Shown here one piece after another: positions 1 to 10,858 of a stretch of 64,000 nt of DNA (position 1 is its first letter; each line of letters starts with the position of its first letter). The notes beneath the pieces were generated by a model, which worked only from the letters and a program-made list of their open reading frames with translations, searched no databases and was not told the DNA's origin. Both the position numbers and the translations under genes were made by a program. The stretch comes from a virus, in the IMG/VR virus record IMGVR_UViG_3300028393_000021; one strand, written 5' to 3'.

Positions 1-1371
1 ATCCTTGCATATATTATGAAAATTTATCATTTCCGGAAATGTATTTAAAAAATCAGTGCCCCTTCGTGTATCTAATTCATTAAACCAATTATAGAAATCC
101 TTACGTCCTTCATCTAGCTTATCATCATCATACGTAGTTGTTGCCATATAATCGACCACTCTTCTAAACTTTTCAAACTCCACGGATGAAAACTTGTTGG
201 GATTAGAGTCATCTAAATTGTCTTCCATAAATTTTAAACTATCATGCATGTATGGCATAAACTCGTCTTTGGGTAGAATATTCATATCGTATTGCAATGG
301 TTCTTTTAAGTACGGTGTATCAAACCTAACCATTTGTGGTTGATCAGTTTTGTTATATGGATTATATATTCTTCGCCACTCTAGTATTTTAACCAATAAT
401 TGTTTAAATGTTGTTACACATAAAATATTAAAGGTAATCATAAAACTTATAGGTTGTCCGGTTTCTTTAAGATATGCATCAAAGTTACGTTCCCATAATA
501 TTAAATCAAGTCCAGTTCTAACATATTCCGCTCGTGGACCCCAAGTATCGATACTAGTGTACAATTTAAATCTCTTAATACTGTTAGATGCTGTGAGAGA
601 GTTAATTGACTCAATCATTTTATCTACTAATCTAGATTTAACTCCCAAGTTACTATTGATATTCAATTCAAGATTAGGCATTGGGTCTTTTTCAAGACTA
701 TCTAATAATTTCCATGTGCTGGTGTGCATCAATGGTTCGCCGCCCGTTATACGTAGAATAGATAATGTTTTACGCAGTTCTGGCCACCATTGCCACCAAG
801 CATCAACATAAGGATTTTTTTCTTCTCTTTCATATAAGTTCATCCAATCAATATCACAACGATGATTCTTTACAGTGGTAACAGGACCAAACTGTTTGAT
901 TTCATTATAAAATCTACTGCTGGCCTTGGGATGACAATATCCGCATTTGAAATTACATTCATTACCAAAACTAATTTCTACATATTCTGGATTTATATTT
1001 TGATCCCATGGGCCCGTTACAGCTTGTTTGTATCGTTCTTCGGTGAATATACTAGCAGTCTTAATATGCCTGTCACTGACATAGTCAGGGCCCATTGATT
1101 CAATATTCCAACAATATTGGCATCCTTTGGTTTTAACACCCTCTAACATCTCTTTACGTTCTAACTTCTTATGAGAAGTATTATGCAATGCACTGGGATT
1201 ATCTTTGAGTTCTTCTAAATTTATTGTGTGTGGTGCAGGATGATAACAACTATGTGTTTCACCTGTTTGTAAATATAAAGTAACATGATGCCATTTAGCT
1301 AAACAAAATGTTGGGCTTGTTTCGTTTACAATAGATATAACGGTTTTAATTCGGTGTTGTGCATTGTCCAT
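1..1371 (-). CDS. Radical SAM protein with N-terminal twitch/SPASM-like domain (runs off window edge)
   Basis: Not in ORF track because no stop in window. Hand translation from ATG at 1371: MDNAQHRIK...FCLAKWHH...HSCYHP...GCQYCW...ISFGNECNFKCGYCHP (CxxxCxxC)...ITGGEPL; open to base 1. Confidence 0.9.
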   Translation of the reverse strand, partial: MDNAQHRIKTVISIVNETSPTFCLAKWHHVTLYLQTGETHSCYHPAPHTINLEELKDNPSALHNTSHKKLERKEMLEGVKTKGCQYCWNIESMGPDYVSDRHIKTASIFTEERYKQAVTGPWDQNINPEYVEISFGNECNFKCGYCHPKASSRFYNEIKQFGPVTTVKNHRCDIDWMNLYEREEKNPYVDAWWQWWPELRKTLSILRITGGEPLMHTSTWKLLDSLEKDPMPNLELNINSNLGVKSRLVDKMIESINSLTASNSIKRFKLYTSIDTWGPRAEYVRTGLDLILWERNFDAYLKETGQPISFMITFNILCVTTFKQLLVKILEWRRIYNPYNKTDQPQMVRFDTPYLKEPLQYDMNILPKDEFMPYMHDSLKFMEDNLDDSNPNKFSSVEFEKFRRVVDYMATTTYDDDKLDEGRKDFYNWFNELDTRRGTDFLNTFPEMINFHNICKD

Positions 1372-4300
1372 TTATTGTGCCTTTATTATTTTTATGTTTG
1401 TATAAAATTCTGCAAGTTCTGGGAACGTATCTATAAATTTTTTATTCCTAATGGTATCATAGTATTCCGTGTTTTCTTTAAATTCTTGTTGTGCAATTTC
1501 ATTAACCGACGATGAATCTAACTGACTTATTACGTTTTTTATTTGATTTTTTATCATGCTATAGTTACTATCTGATAGTAAATCCATAGTTTTAATTTTA
1601 TCTAATAACTTATCTTTAATATTATTTTTAATGTCAGCATTAATAATGTTAAAACTGTAAAAATTTGGATTAATAATATTATAAAACGTTACGTTGGTTG
1701 TGTCATCAACAAAATTGTTTTCAATCATATAATCTATAAATTCTGGAATTGTATAAACATTGAACACAGATATCACAGATGAAATACCTATGAATATATG
1801 AGGGCATGATTCTTTAACTTTTTTAATATTTTGTACGATAGTTGGCCAATCGGTACCTTCTCGAATGTATTCAGCTCGACTGCCCCAACTATCTAAACTT
1901 ACGTTTAAATGAATATTGGAAAACTCTTTCCATAACTTAATTACTGATAAATTTTTAAAGGTCAACGAACTTAAATTAGAATTATATCTAATTTTTATAT
2001 TTGTATTTCCGGTATTAATCAAATATTCAAGTATTTCGTAATGTTTGTCCATTAATAAAGGTTCGCCACCAGCAAAGTAAATTTCTTTAATTCCGGTTAT
2101 ATGAGGTCTAAGCTGATCAAATAATAAATCATTATTTTTTCCTCCTGAAAAAATAAAAACTTTTTTATTTTTGCCTTGCTTGTTATCTTCAGTGGCCCAA
2201 CTAGAACTATATGTACTAGAACAGCTTCGACATTTGAAATTACAGATGTTGCTCCATCGTATGTCAAGATATTTTAATTCCATTGTTTCCAAAGATCCAT
2301 CCTGGTTTGTGTCATGTACTAAATTTATAGATTCTGAAAGATACGAGGCATTCGATGATTGTCTAAAACTATGCACATTTGCATTTTCATTTTGATAACA
2401 AGCACTACATTCATCACATTTTTTACCTGTTAACATTTTTAATCGCATTGACTTATATCGATCATTGTTCCATATTTCACTAATTGAATTTTGCTGTACA
2501 TTACCTAACGGTTTGGTATAATCTCCAATACAGCAAGGTAGTACATCTCCATCTGGGTTTGCGTAAAAATGTATCCAGGGCAGTATACAAAATGTATTGG
2601 ACTGTTTTATAGCAATTTTAAATTGTTGATTTAACCAATTGTAATCGTTGATATTACTGATCGGTTCTTGGCTCAACGCATATTTGTTACCTTGCTCTGC
2701 TCCTAATTTTGCCCATTTATAATATTCAGCTGTGACATCTGGATTTAACCATGCTTGCAATCGTTTGTTAGATTCTGCATCTTCTTTTTTAGATAACTTG
2801 GCACATTCTCTAAATGCGGTTCTCCATGTGGCACAATCAGAAGTGTTAAATTTAGTAATGTTGCTAATTTTATTGATTACTTTTAACTTTTTTGATACAC
2901 TTAATGTTAGGTCAGTACCCCATGATTTAAGATATTGTATCTTCGACTTGCTAAACAGCTTAACACCTCCGAAACCATAAGTCAAACCATTAACCGGATT
3001 TATACTATTCCAAACATAGGTGCAATCTCTATCAAATATATTTGGTTGGAAATCAAATTGCCAATCATCCAATAAGTATGCATCTCCATCAACTACATAG
3101 AACATGTCAGACTTGGCTAATTTAGCCGCTGCCTTATGTGCTTCAAATATACCAGTAACTCTATCTACTCGTTTGGCCCAAGGTGCTTTTTCTAATACAC
3201 GTTGCCAATTATCTTCAGCATTTAATTCATAGTAACTAATAAAAATAACATCTAACTGTTTGGCAATGTTAGGTAATAATGTATCAATTTGTTTTACTCC
3301 TGCTGTATCATCAATGGCTGTTGCACTTAACGCCCAAATATTAGTTTGATTAGTTATAGATCGATCCAACATCCATACATGTTCATATTTAAAATCATGC
3401 CAAGGGATAACATAATCTATATCATAACTTAATTTGGGTAAATTAGGATTATAGGTTATTTTGATAATTGGACTGACATAATCAATTATCTTAGACCCGT
3501 CAAGTTCAGTGGATACTTGTAAGGTAAATGCCCATATATCATCTTCACCATTTTGTAGGTGTTTGCGATCCAACATCCATACATGTTCATATTTAAAATC
3601 ATGCCAAGGGATAACATAATCTATATCATAACTTAATTTGGGTAAATTAGGATTATAGGTTATTTCAATTTTGGGACTAACATAATCAATTATCTTAGAC
3701 CCGTCAAGTTCAGTGGATACTTGTAAGGTAAATGCCCATATATCATCTTCACCATTTAATAAATGCTTACGGTCTATCATCCACACATGTTCAAATTTAA
3801 AATCATGCCAGGGGATAACATAATCTATATCATAGGTCATGGGCGGTAAGTTTGTATTATAGGTTATTTCAATTTTGGGACTGACATAATCAATTATCTT
3901 AGACCCATCAAGTTCAGTGGATACTTGTAAGGTAAATGCCCATAAATCATCTTCACCATTCAATAAATGTTTTTGATCCAACATCCACACATGTTCAAAT
4001 TTAAAATCATGCCAGGGGATAACATAATCTATATCATAGGCCATGGGCGGTAAGTTTGGATTGAGTATCACAGTATATTCTGGACTAATTGTGCCTATCC
4101 ATTTCCAATCTTTAGGAGCTCCCCACATGGGTTTAAATTTAATCACCCATAATCTTTTATCAGCAGAGGATATATGTTTATTATCTAAATCATATGCACA
4201 CTCGTAGATCAAATCCCAATAAGGTGGACAGCATTCATTGACATCAACACCGAGGTCAGGTAATACATCATTGAAAGATACTTCTATATCTGGAATTATA

Positions 4301-4812
4301 TATCCCATGTGTTTAGTACCTAATATATCCCCCTCAACTAGTTGACAGCTGAATACCCAAACATCCTCATCTAATGGATTAAATCTAGGATCCATGTACC
4401 ATATTAACTGGTAGTTCTTTTCCCATGGACTCGGTTGATATAGTCCGTAGGGGTTATCTTCAAACGTAATTTGTTTATCAACATCTGAATTGTAGGACCA
4501 GATTATTTTGGGTTTAACAATTTCAACCTGTTCATACCCGTGATATGGATACCAATCTTGTTTAAATATCTTAACTATCCATTCTCCCTGATAGCTAAGT
4601 ATTACACATTTCCTTGTATCAGGAATTGTATCTACATAAAACTTTAAATCAGTATCCCATTGCTCTGGAATATTATTGTTGGGGTTTATTACCCAAAATT
4701 CCTTATGCCCTTTGCCCAATCCAAACAATTGAAAATCGTAGTGTAAAGGATCGCCAGTCCATGTTATGGCTGCGACTTTTTTTGGTGAGAGTTGATAGAG
4801 GTGTTCGAACAT
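1372..4812 (-). CDS. Multidomain protein: N-terminal 68-aa repeats + glycosyltransferase-like domain + twitch/radical SAM domain
   Basis: Repeats YDIDYVIPWHDFKxEHVWM; central DVIFISY...FYVVDGDA (DxD-like); FCILPWIH...PCC; WSNICNFKCRSC (CxxxCxxC); YFAGGEPL. Confidence 0.85.
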   Translation of the reverse strand: MFEHLYQLSPKKVAAITWTGDPLHYDFQLFGLGKGHKEFWVINPNNNIPEQWDTDLKFYVDTIPDTRKCVILSYQGEWIVKIFKQDWYPYHGYEQVEIVKPKIIWSYNSDVDKQITFEDNPYGLYQPSPWEKNYQLIWYMDPRFNPLDEDVWVFSCQLVEGDILGTKHMGYIIPDIEVSFNDVLPDLGVDVNECCPPYWDLIYECAYDLDNKHISSADKRLWVIKFKPMWGAPKDWKWIGTISPEYTVILNPNLPPMAYDIDYVIPWHDFKFEHVWMLDQKHLLNGEDDLWAFTLQVSTELDGSKIIDYVSPKIEITYNTNLPPMTYDIDYVIPWHDFKFEHVWMIDRKHLLNGEDDIWAFTLQVSTELDGSKIIDYVSPKIEITYNPNLPKLSYDIDYVIPWHDFKYEHVWMLDRKHLQNGEDDIWAFTLQVSTELDGSKIIDYVSPIIKITYNPNLPKLSYDIDYVIPWHDFKYEHVWMLDRSITNQTNIWALSATAIDDTAGVKQIDTLLPNIAKQLDVIFISYYELNAEDNWQRVLEKAPWAKRVDRVTGIFEAHKAAAKLAKSDMFYVVDGDAYLLDDWQFDFQPNIFDRDCTYVWNSINPVNGLTYGFGGVKLFSKSKIQYLKSWGTDLTLSVSKKLKVINKISNITKFNTSDCATWRTAFRECAKLSKKEDAESNKRLQAWLNPDVTAEYYKWAKLGAEQGNKYALSQEPISNINDYNWLNQQFKIAIKQSNTFCILPWIHFYANPDGDVLPCCIGDYTKPLGNVQQNSISEIWNNDRYKSMRLKMLTGKKCDECSACYQNENANVHSFRQSSNASYLSESINLVHDTNQDGSLETMELKYLDIRWSNICNFKCRSCSSTYSSSWATEDNKQGKNKKVFIFSGGKNNDLLFDQLRPHITGIKEIYFAGGEPLLMDKHYEILEYLINTGNTNIKIRYNSNLSSLTFKNLSVIKLWKEFSNIHLNVSLDSWGSRAEYIREGTDWPTIVQNIKKVKESCPHIFIGISSVISVFNVYTIPEFIDYMIENNFVDDTTNVTFYNIINPNFYSFNIINADIKNNIKDKLLDKIKTMDLLSDSNYSMIKNQIKNVISQLDSSSVNEIAQQEFKENTEYYDTIRNKKFIDTFPELAEFYTNIKIIKAQ
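3361..4056. repeat. Four near-identical tandem repeats, 204-bp period (68 codons)
   Basis: Anchor aaaatcatgc at 3391, 3595, 3799 and 4003. Confidence 0.95.
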
Positions 4813-4853
4813 TATACTACTAATTATCCTAGCAGTTAATGATGTCTAAAATA

Positions 4854-7079
4854 TTATAAAATATTTGTTGGTAAGGTCACGATAGCTGTTGCGGTAGTTA
4901 TAACAGCCGTTGGCAGCATACTCACAGTTCTAATCGGTGCCCATGTAATGACTTTGTTACTGACAGCAACTGACCAAGCAGAAGCAGTGGCATTTTCAAA
5001 CACATGAGCTATTACAATTCCAGATTTTGTAGGGTTGTAATATATATTGTAATCATACACTAATGGTTGGTTATAAACCACTGTGGTACCCTGTAATATC
5101 GTGTAGCCAGTGTAACTCTTAAGGGATGCTGATATTTCACTTGTTACAATAAATTTATATTCAACCCCATCAACCAACACTGGATTGGCACCATTTGTGT
5201 TAGCTAACAATGTGTTCCCATAATATATAGTGGTATCGAAGTCATGCGATACGATACCGGCCCAGAATGATTCAATTTGTGTAGATGGATACACTGGGTT
5301 AGGATTAAATGGTACACCGGGCGGTAGTGGTGGAGTTACGGGCGTTGGAGCGGCACTCACATTACCAATAATCATACCTTGACCTTGAACATAACCATTG
5401 GCAATTGCAGCATTATTACAACGTACAACCACAGAAAAATGTCCACCTGGGTTTTGAGCAAAATAGTTAGTAGACTTGAAGGTAAACTCAAACGTACATC
5501 TGCCAGGACCAAGATTATAATCATTTGTGGTTGTGGAGGTCAGTTCATAATAATCGAGTGCGGGGCTATTATTATTAAATGCCCACGATGATGAATCCAC
5601 AGTTACTCCATTTGGAACAATCGTGGGCAGTGATGAAGACAAAGTTGGTACTAGACTATCAAATCCTCTAAACAATAGTGTTCTTGTACCATCACCTAGG
5701 GGTCCTGAGTTTAATTGAGAATACCGGCCGTTGATATCCGAATTAGAATAATAGTATAATGCTCTGGTTAAATTTTTTAAGGTAGCATCAAATTCTGCAT
5801 TTCCACTGAGTTCTCTTAGATTGTTTAACGCTATGGTTATATTACCTCGTCCATCATGATTAACAATAAACATAGATTTATATCCCGGACTTTGCTCATA
5901 TCCAAAATATTGCTCGTAATTATAACCCTCAGTGGTTTTTCTAATATAATTCGGAACAATATCGTTGTCAAGTGACCCACTTAGGTAGGTATAACTATAT
6001 TCGGTTAACACAAAACTCCAAACATTGGCCCAATACGGGAATTTAAGATTGGAACTTCTTGCTCTATAACTCAAATTATTTACATCAACTAGGTTATAAC
6101 CTCCTTGGTCATATCGAGAGGCATAATCTCCCCCCATACCAACTCCAATGGTTAATATACGTTGATCATTGATAGTATCAAGACTCATTCCAATAATACT
6201 ATTATAACTCGAAGCGGGACTGACCCAACTGGCTAGATTGTTATATTTTAAATAATCAATGTCAACATAGCTGATATTTGTTATAGTTTTGGTTCCTAAA
6301 AATTGACCCGATTCTGATACCGACACTGTTAAAGTAGACCGGTATGTGCCTGTGTTATTGTTTACTAGGTCAGGATTCCAAACTATATGAATAGTATTGA
6401 CTGTGCCTGTGGTCACTGACCAGCCGGGATCACCCGATATACTGGTATTAAATGTTAAATTTGTACCAGTATATGTTACCCCATTCGTACGTTTATTAAG
6501 TATGATATCAGTTGAATTGGTTTGACCCAAAATTGTAGTATATGTGACAAATGTACTGTTCGATGCCACAATGTTTTCATCATTGCTGATACTTTGATAC
6601 GTATTGACTTGATATTCAGGATTTTGTGCATTGGAAAAGAACACAAGGCTGTTGATATATTCACCGGGTGCAATTGCTGTATAGGAAATTAGAAATGATG
6701 CAGTTGTACCCGCTAACAAAGTGACATTTGTACCACTGATGAGACTTTGAGCCACTGTTCCATAAAATTTTGGAATAATAACACGGCTTTTTACCAATGA
6801 ACATGTAAAATCAAAACTGGTTAGAGTAATAGTGGTTCCACCGTCATTGTATAATATTAAATTTTGTATATCAGATTCATCTCTTGGAGAAGAAACAAAC
6901 GTTACCGGGGTAGATACTCTTAACACACCATAATTAGCCACAGGTGCTGTTAATGTTGCTCCGTCAAGAGTCAATGTAGTGGCAACCACAGCAGGTGGTG
7001 GACAATATATAGAAGCAGTGGAATTTGTTGCACCGACAGCACTTTTTATTTTTATGTTTACAGCTACTTGAGTTGCCAT
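4854..7079 (-). CDS. Putative virion structural protein (Ig-like, beta-rich)
   Basis: 741 aa, Thr/Ser/Asn/Gly-rich; N-terminal segment resembles Ig-like folds. Confidence 0.55.
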   Translation of the reverse strand: MATQVAVNIKIKSAVGATNSTASIYCPPPAVVATTLTLDGATLTAPVANYGVLRVSTPVTFVSSPRDESDIQNLILYNDGGTTITLTSFDFTCSLVKSRVIIPKFYGTVAQSLISGTNVTLLAGTTASFLISYTAIAPGEYINSLVFFSNAQNPEYQVNTYQSISNDENIVASNSTFVTYTTILGQTNSTDIILNKRTNGVTYTGTNLTFNTSISGDPGWSVTTGTVNTIHIVWNPDLVNNNTGTYRSTLTVSVSESGQFLGTKTITNISYVDIDYLKYNNLASWVSPASSYNSIIGMSLDTINDQRILTIGVGMGGDYASRYDQGGYNLVDVNNLSYRARSSNLKFPYWANVWSFVLTEYSYTYLSGSLDNDIVPNYIRKTTEGYNYEQYFGYEQSPGYKSMFIVNHDGRGNITIALNNLRELSGNAEFDATLKNLTRALYYYSNSDINGRYSQLNSGPLGDGTRTLLFRGFDSLVPTLSSSLPTIVPNGVTVDSSSWAFNNNSPALDYYELTSTTTNDYNLGPGRCTFEFTFKSTNYFAQNPGGHFSVVVRCNNAAIANGYVQGQGMIIGNVSAAPTPVTPPLPPGVPFNPNPVYPSTQIESFWAGIVSHDFDTTIYYGNTLLANTNGANPVLVDGVEYKFIVTSEISASLKSYTGYTILQGTTVVYNQPLVYDYNIYYNPTKSGIVIAHVFENATASAWSVAVSNKVITWAPIRTVSMLPTAVITTATAIVTLPTNIL

Positions 7080-7091
7080 TATTGATCCTTA

Positions 7092-8324
7092 TTATGCACC
7101 ACCACTGTTGGTGATGTTGGCGTAATCGTTTGCAGCAGCCTCGGCGGCAGCAGCAGCAGCGGCGGCGGCGGCGGCAGCAGCGGCGGCAGCAGCGGTGGCA
7201 GCAGCGATGGCAGCATCTGCTATAGCGGTAGCAGCAGGGGCGTTGCTTGCAGCCAAATTTACTGGCGTAGGGGCCGGAACATAGTTATCGTACCAATATT
7301 GGGCAAATGCAGCACCTTCGACCGGACCAGTAATTAAAGGACCGTCAAATGTAGCAGGATCTAAATGTAATAAAACTGTTATATACCACGTTCTAAACTG
7401 TTGTCTAACTAGATCTTTATTAGCTGCATACGCTGCATCAAGGGCCACTTGTACTGGATCTACTGGTGGAGGTGGTGTTGGGGGGCCAGAGGTATTACCA
7501 CCCGGGCCAGTGACGAAAGGACCAATGACAACAATGTTGCTTGCAGTGTTAGAGGCGGTGGTGCTGGTGGTGGCAGTGGTCTGCGTGTTTTGATACGTTA
7601 TTGTAAAATCCACAATATTTTCCTCAGCGGATTTCACAGCTACCACACTGATACGCAGGGTACCACTGGAGTAATTTCGAGTCACTGTGCTGCCCGATAC
7701 AAAATTACTACGATAATATTTGAACTGTTGATCAGGTGTGCTGGCAATATAGTTGAGCCAATTGGCCCACTCAATATCAAGGTCATTGGCTCCACTGCCT
7801 TCATAACTGGGCGACCAAGCAATATAATTACCATTGTTGAAATAATATCGTGCAATTAGAGCCGTGGACCAAGCAGCTCTGACCTGGTGAGTTATGATAC
7901 TGGTACCATTGGCACCCCAGGCCGAGGTGCGTGTGCTACTGGTATTGACTGAATACACAATGGTGCTTTCGCCAGTGTGTTGAAATTGATTGGGATGACA
8001 GGTATATCTATTGATCAAACAATAATCCACCATGGCCTTGATTTGATTGTAAAACACAGCCTTGATCACATTACTACTAGTGGATATGTTGGACACAGTG
8101 TTGGTACTGGTGACCAAATTACTGATGTGTGTGTACACACTACCCACATTCCTTAACAAAGTATTGGCTTGATCTGCACTGATTATACTGCCGGTTATTG
8201 TGGGGCTGACCACGCTGATCCCATAACCATTCTGACCTATACTTCTTATATCAGCAGCGATACTTTGAATAGCATTGAAATCAGAACTTAATGCTAGGGT
8301 TCCTGAAGTGGTTGGTAGTGACAT
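7092..8324 (-). CDS. Putative virion structural protein with Pro-rich linker and poly-Ala tail
   Basis: 410 aa S/T-rich ORF; TATAAATA 5 nt upstream of ATG. Confidence 0.55.
   Translation of the reverse strand: MSLPTTSGTLALSSDFNAIQSIAADIRSIGQNGYGISVVSPTITGSIISADQANTLLRNVGSVYTHISNLVTSTNTVSNISTSSNVIKAVFYNQIKAMVDYCLINRYTCHPNQFQHTGESTIVYSVNTSSTRTSAWGANGTSIITHQVRAAWSTALIARYYFNNGNYIAWSPSYEGSGANDLDIEWANWLNYIASTPDQQFKYYRSNFVSGSTVTRNYSSGTLRISVVAVKSAEENIVDFTITYQNTQTTATTSTTASNTASNIVVIGPFVTGPGGNTSGPPTPPPPVDPVQVALDAAYAANKDLVRQQFRTWYITVLLHLDPATFDGPLITGPVEGAAFAQYWYDNYVPAPTPVNLAASNAPAATAIADAAIAAATAAAAAAAAAAAAAAAAAEAAANDYANITNSGGA
7132..7254. repeat. GC-rich GCN trinucleotide tract encoding poly-alanine
   Basis: gcggca/gcagca/gcggcg runs; 16 consecutive Ala in the translation. 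Confidence 0.9.
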
Positions 8325-8413
8325 ATCAGTATTTATATCTAGATTTCTTATCCCGGTTATAGTATAATATTAAATATGTTGATAACCAACTACAACCAAG
8401 GAACATACCATCA

Positions 8414-9172
8414 ATGACCAACAAAAAATTAGGCATCATCCAAACTAGAGGGCTGGGCGATATAGTACTGGCCCTACCCATTGCACTACATTATCGAGAA
8501 CAGGGCTACGACATTTTCTGGCCCATAACCGATACGTGGGTGGAACAAATGAACCACTACGTGCCCTGGATCAAATGGATACCCGTGCCCCAAGATTCCG
8601 GAGCTTTCTTCTACGATATCCCCATGCAACGTTTGAAGAATTTTAAATGCGACGAGATACTGTGCTTGTACAATTCACTGACCGGACACCCTGAATTTGC
8701 TGAAGAACCCTACTTCCAATTCACTACGTTTGATCAATACAAATATACCAAGGCGGGCGTGCCGTTTCTGGACAAATGGCGCTTGAACGAATGTATTACA
8801 CGTGACCCCGAGAGAGAACAGACCCTCTACGATAAAAAAGTTAAAAATCCCAACTATATAGTCACCCACTTGACCAGCAGTCAACATACTGTACCCTTTG
8901 ATACTAGTATTGTACCCCCAGATTGGGATATAATAAACATAGACTCAGATGGCTATATATTTGATTGGCTTAAAATTATTGAAGGCGCTCAGAGCATAGT
9001 TATGACTAACTCAGTGTTTGCTAACATGGTTGATCTACTGAAAATAGGCGATGACAAATACTTTATACCCTTGCATCATCTGAACTGGAGCCCAACGTTT
9101 GGCACAACATGGCAGTGGCTGAACAACACAGAACCCTCACAATGGCAAAAAAGTATTACTGCCCAGAGCTAA
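8414..9172 (+). CDS. Glycosyltransferase, GT9 (heptosyltransferase)-like
   Basis: N-terminal IIQTRGLGDIVLALP resembles the GT9 (I/L)GD motif. Confidence 0.6.
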   Translation: MTNKKLGIIQTRGLGDIVLALPIALHYREQGYDIFWPITDTWVEQMNHYVPWIKWIPVPQDSGAFFYDIPMQRLKNFKCDEILCLYNSLTGHPEFAEEPYFQFTTFDQYKYTKAGVPFLDKWRLNECITRDPEREQTLYDKKVKNPNYIVTHLTSSQHTVPFDTSIVPPDWDIINIDSDGYIFDWLKIIEGAQSIVMTNSVFANMVDLLKIGDDKYFIPLHHLNWSPTFGTTWQWLNNTEPSQWQKSITAQS

Positions 9173-9182
9173 TGTACACTGT

Positions 9183-9743
9183 CTAAGACGCCCACGAGAA
9201 TAACACATTCTTTGGGCTATCTAAGGCAGCATAAGATCCAATGCTACTAATGGTACTGGGCTTTGAGGCTAGATCCTTGAAACTACTGACCCTGAACTTT
9301 TCCCACTTACTATATCTACCCGTGTTCTCATTGTACTTGGTGCGTAATAGATGCTGGTTACTTTCCCCATACTCGCGTAGATCCTCCCAATGAGCTTTGG
9401 GTAAAAAGAAATAATCTAATTCCTCACGGAACTCATTGTATATCACTGCACGTATATCCCCAGCTTTGGGCGTGAGAGTCTTTCGACTGAGTATGTTACC
9501 AATTACTGCTGTGCGATCATGACGTCTACATGTGCCCGTTTTGGTGTCACTGAAATCACTATTGTCATAATGGTTTTCATCAACAAACTCATATTCCCCT
9601 ACCCTACACATGGCCACTTCCACTATATGCTCTACATTGTAATGACGCCAATTGGCTAATATAGTGCTTAATTGCCCGGGAAGAGCATACTCAGGTAAGT
9701 GAGCATGAGCTATGTCTTGAAGTATCCGTTGATGTTTGTTCAT
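9183..9743 (-). CDS. Hypothetical protein (likely start MNKHQ at 9743)
   Basis: ORF track 9183..9875; first 44 codons overlap non-coding-looking repeats. Confidence 0.55.
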   Translation of the reverse strand: MNKHQRILQDIAHAHLPEYALPGQLSTILANWRHYNVEHIVEVAMCRVGEYEFVDENHYDNSDFSDTKTGTCRRHDRTAVIGNILSRKTLTPKAGDIRAVIYNEFREELDYFFLPKAHWEDLREYGESNQHLLRTKYNENTGRYSKWEKFRVSSFKDLASKPSTISSIGSYAALDSPKNVLFSWAS

Positions 9744-9811
9744 AGTACATAGTATAAGATCACTTACACGTACAGAACAATCAACTTGACAAACATACAT
9801 TTCCACTGTAT

Positions 9812-9891
9812 ACAAATACCCCGCTGTAGCACTATAAGAGATTAGCTGTGTGCGTGAACTATATACACTATACACAAATACCCCGCTGTAG
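9812..9891. repeat. Two exact 18-bp direct repeats acaaataccccgctgtag
   Basis: Copies at 9812-9829 and 9874-9891. Confidence 0.9.
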
Positions 9892-10213
9892 GGGTCCCCT
9901 TTAAGGGTCCTCTGGACGCAGTGAAAGGTTGAGATTTATTGGGGAGGGCAGGGGTATTACTGAGGTTTGAGGTGAAAACCATTTTACGATAGCCTCCAAA
10001 CCCCACAGTGCTCCATTCTAAATCTACCCTAAAAAACGCAGAACCCCACCGTGAAACCAGGAAATTTGGTAGGAAATCCCCAAGAATTTGTGGAGTTTTG
10101 CTCCTTTTCTGTGAGTAATTTGCCACATAGTCAATTGCTCGCTGAGGGGTGCTCACTGTATAATAAGTACTTGGTTAGAGCATTGGACTCCACTCTAGAT
10201 AATAAATAACTAT

Positions 10214-10858
10214 ATGAATCACTGTATATACTGTAGTAAGGAAATTAATAGCACACGCTCAAAACAGCAGCACGAACTTCGCTGTAAGCATAATCCACAG
10301 GCTATAGTAGTTAAAGCATCATACGGCATGTTAGGCAAACAAGGAAGAAATCAATATTCAAAAGCAAAGGATGAAGGAAGACAGGAACCAAAACAGACTT
10401 CCGAATCTAGGGCTAAAGGATTAGCAACTAAAATTAGAAATGGAACTCTAACTCATACTGAAGAATCAAAAAAGAAATTATCCGACTCTATGAAACGGGC
10501 TGTACTGAAAAACCCCGCAGCATATACCAGCAGTAACCGAGGACGAACCAAACAAATCATAGTTGACGGAGTTAAACTACAAGGGCAATGGGAAGTTGAC
10601 TTTTATAAATGGGCAACTGTTGAAGGATTAGCGCCGAAAAAGGTTGAACAAGGGTTTCCCTATATATGGAATGATAATGAACACGCATACTTCCCGGACT
10701 TTTATATTCCCAGTCTGGACATATACGTAGAAGTTAAAGGTTACGAAACCGACCGTGATCGGGCCAAGTGGTTGCACTTCCCTTATAAGTTGTGTATAAT
10801 AAAAGCTAAGGAAATAAAACAAATCCGTACGGGTAGTTTTAGAGGGTTGGTAGCTTAG
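10214..10858 (+). mobile_element. Free-standing homing endonuclease-like gene (Zn finger + NUMOD3-like + PD-(D/E)XK)
   Basis: CIYC...HELRC; HTEESKKKLS; PDFYIP...YVEVKG. Stop codon lies inside the tRNA. Confidence 0.7.

Noticed and set aside
350-1098. + strand ORFs 350..811 and 862..1098
   Set aside because: Antisense shadows of the minus-strand radical SAM gene 1..1371.
3361-4056. Diversity-generating retroelement template/variable repeat pair
   Set aside because: Repeats are in-frame tandem coding units, differences are not confined to adenines, and no reverse transcriptase is in the window.
9842-10156. 104-aa minus-strand ORF
   Set aside because: Crosses repeat and palindrome DNA, no SD or promoter seen, composition not protein-like.
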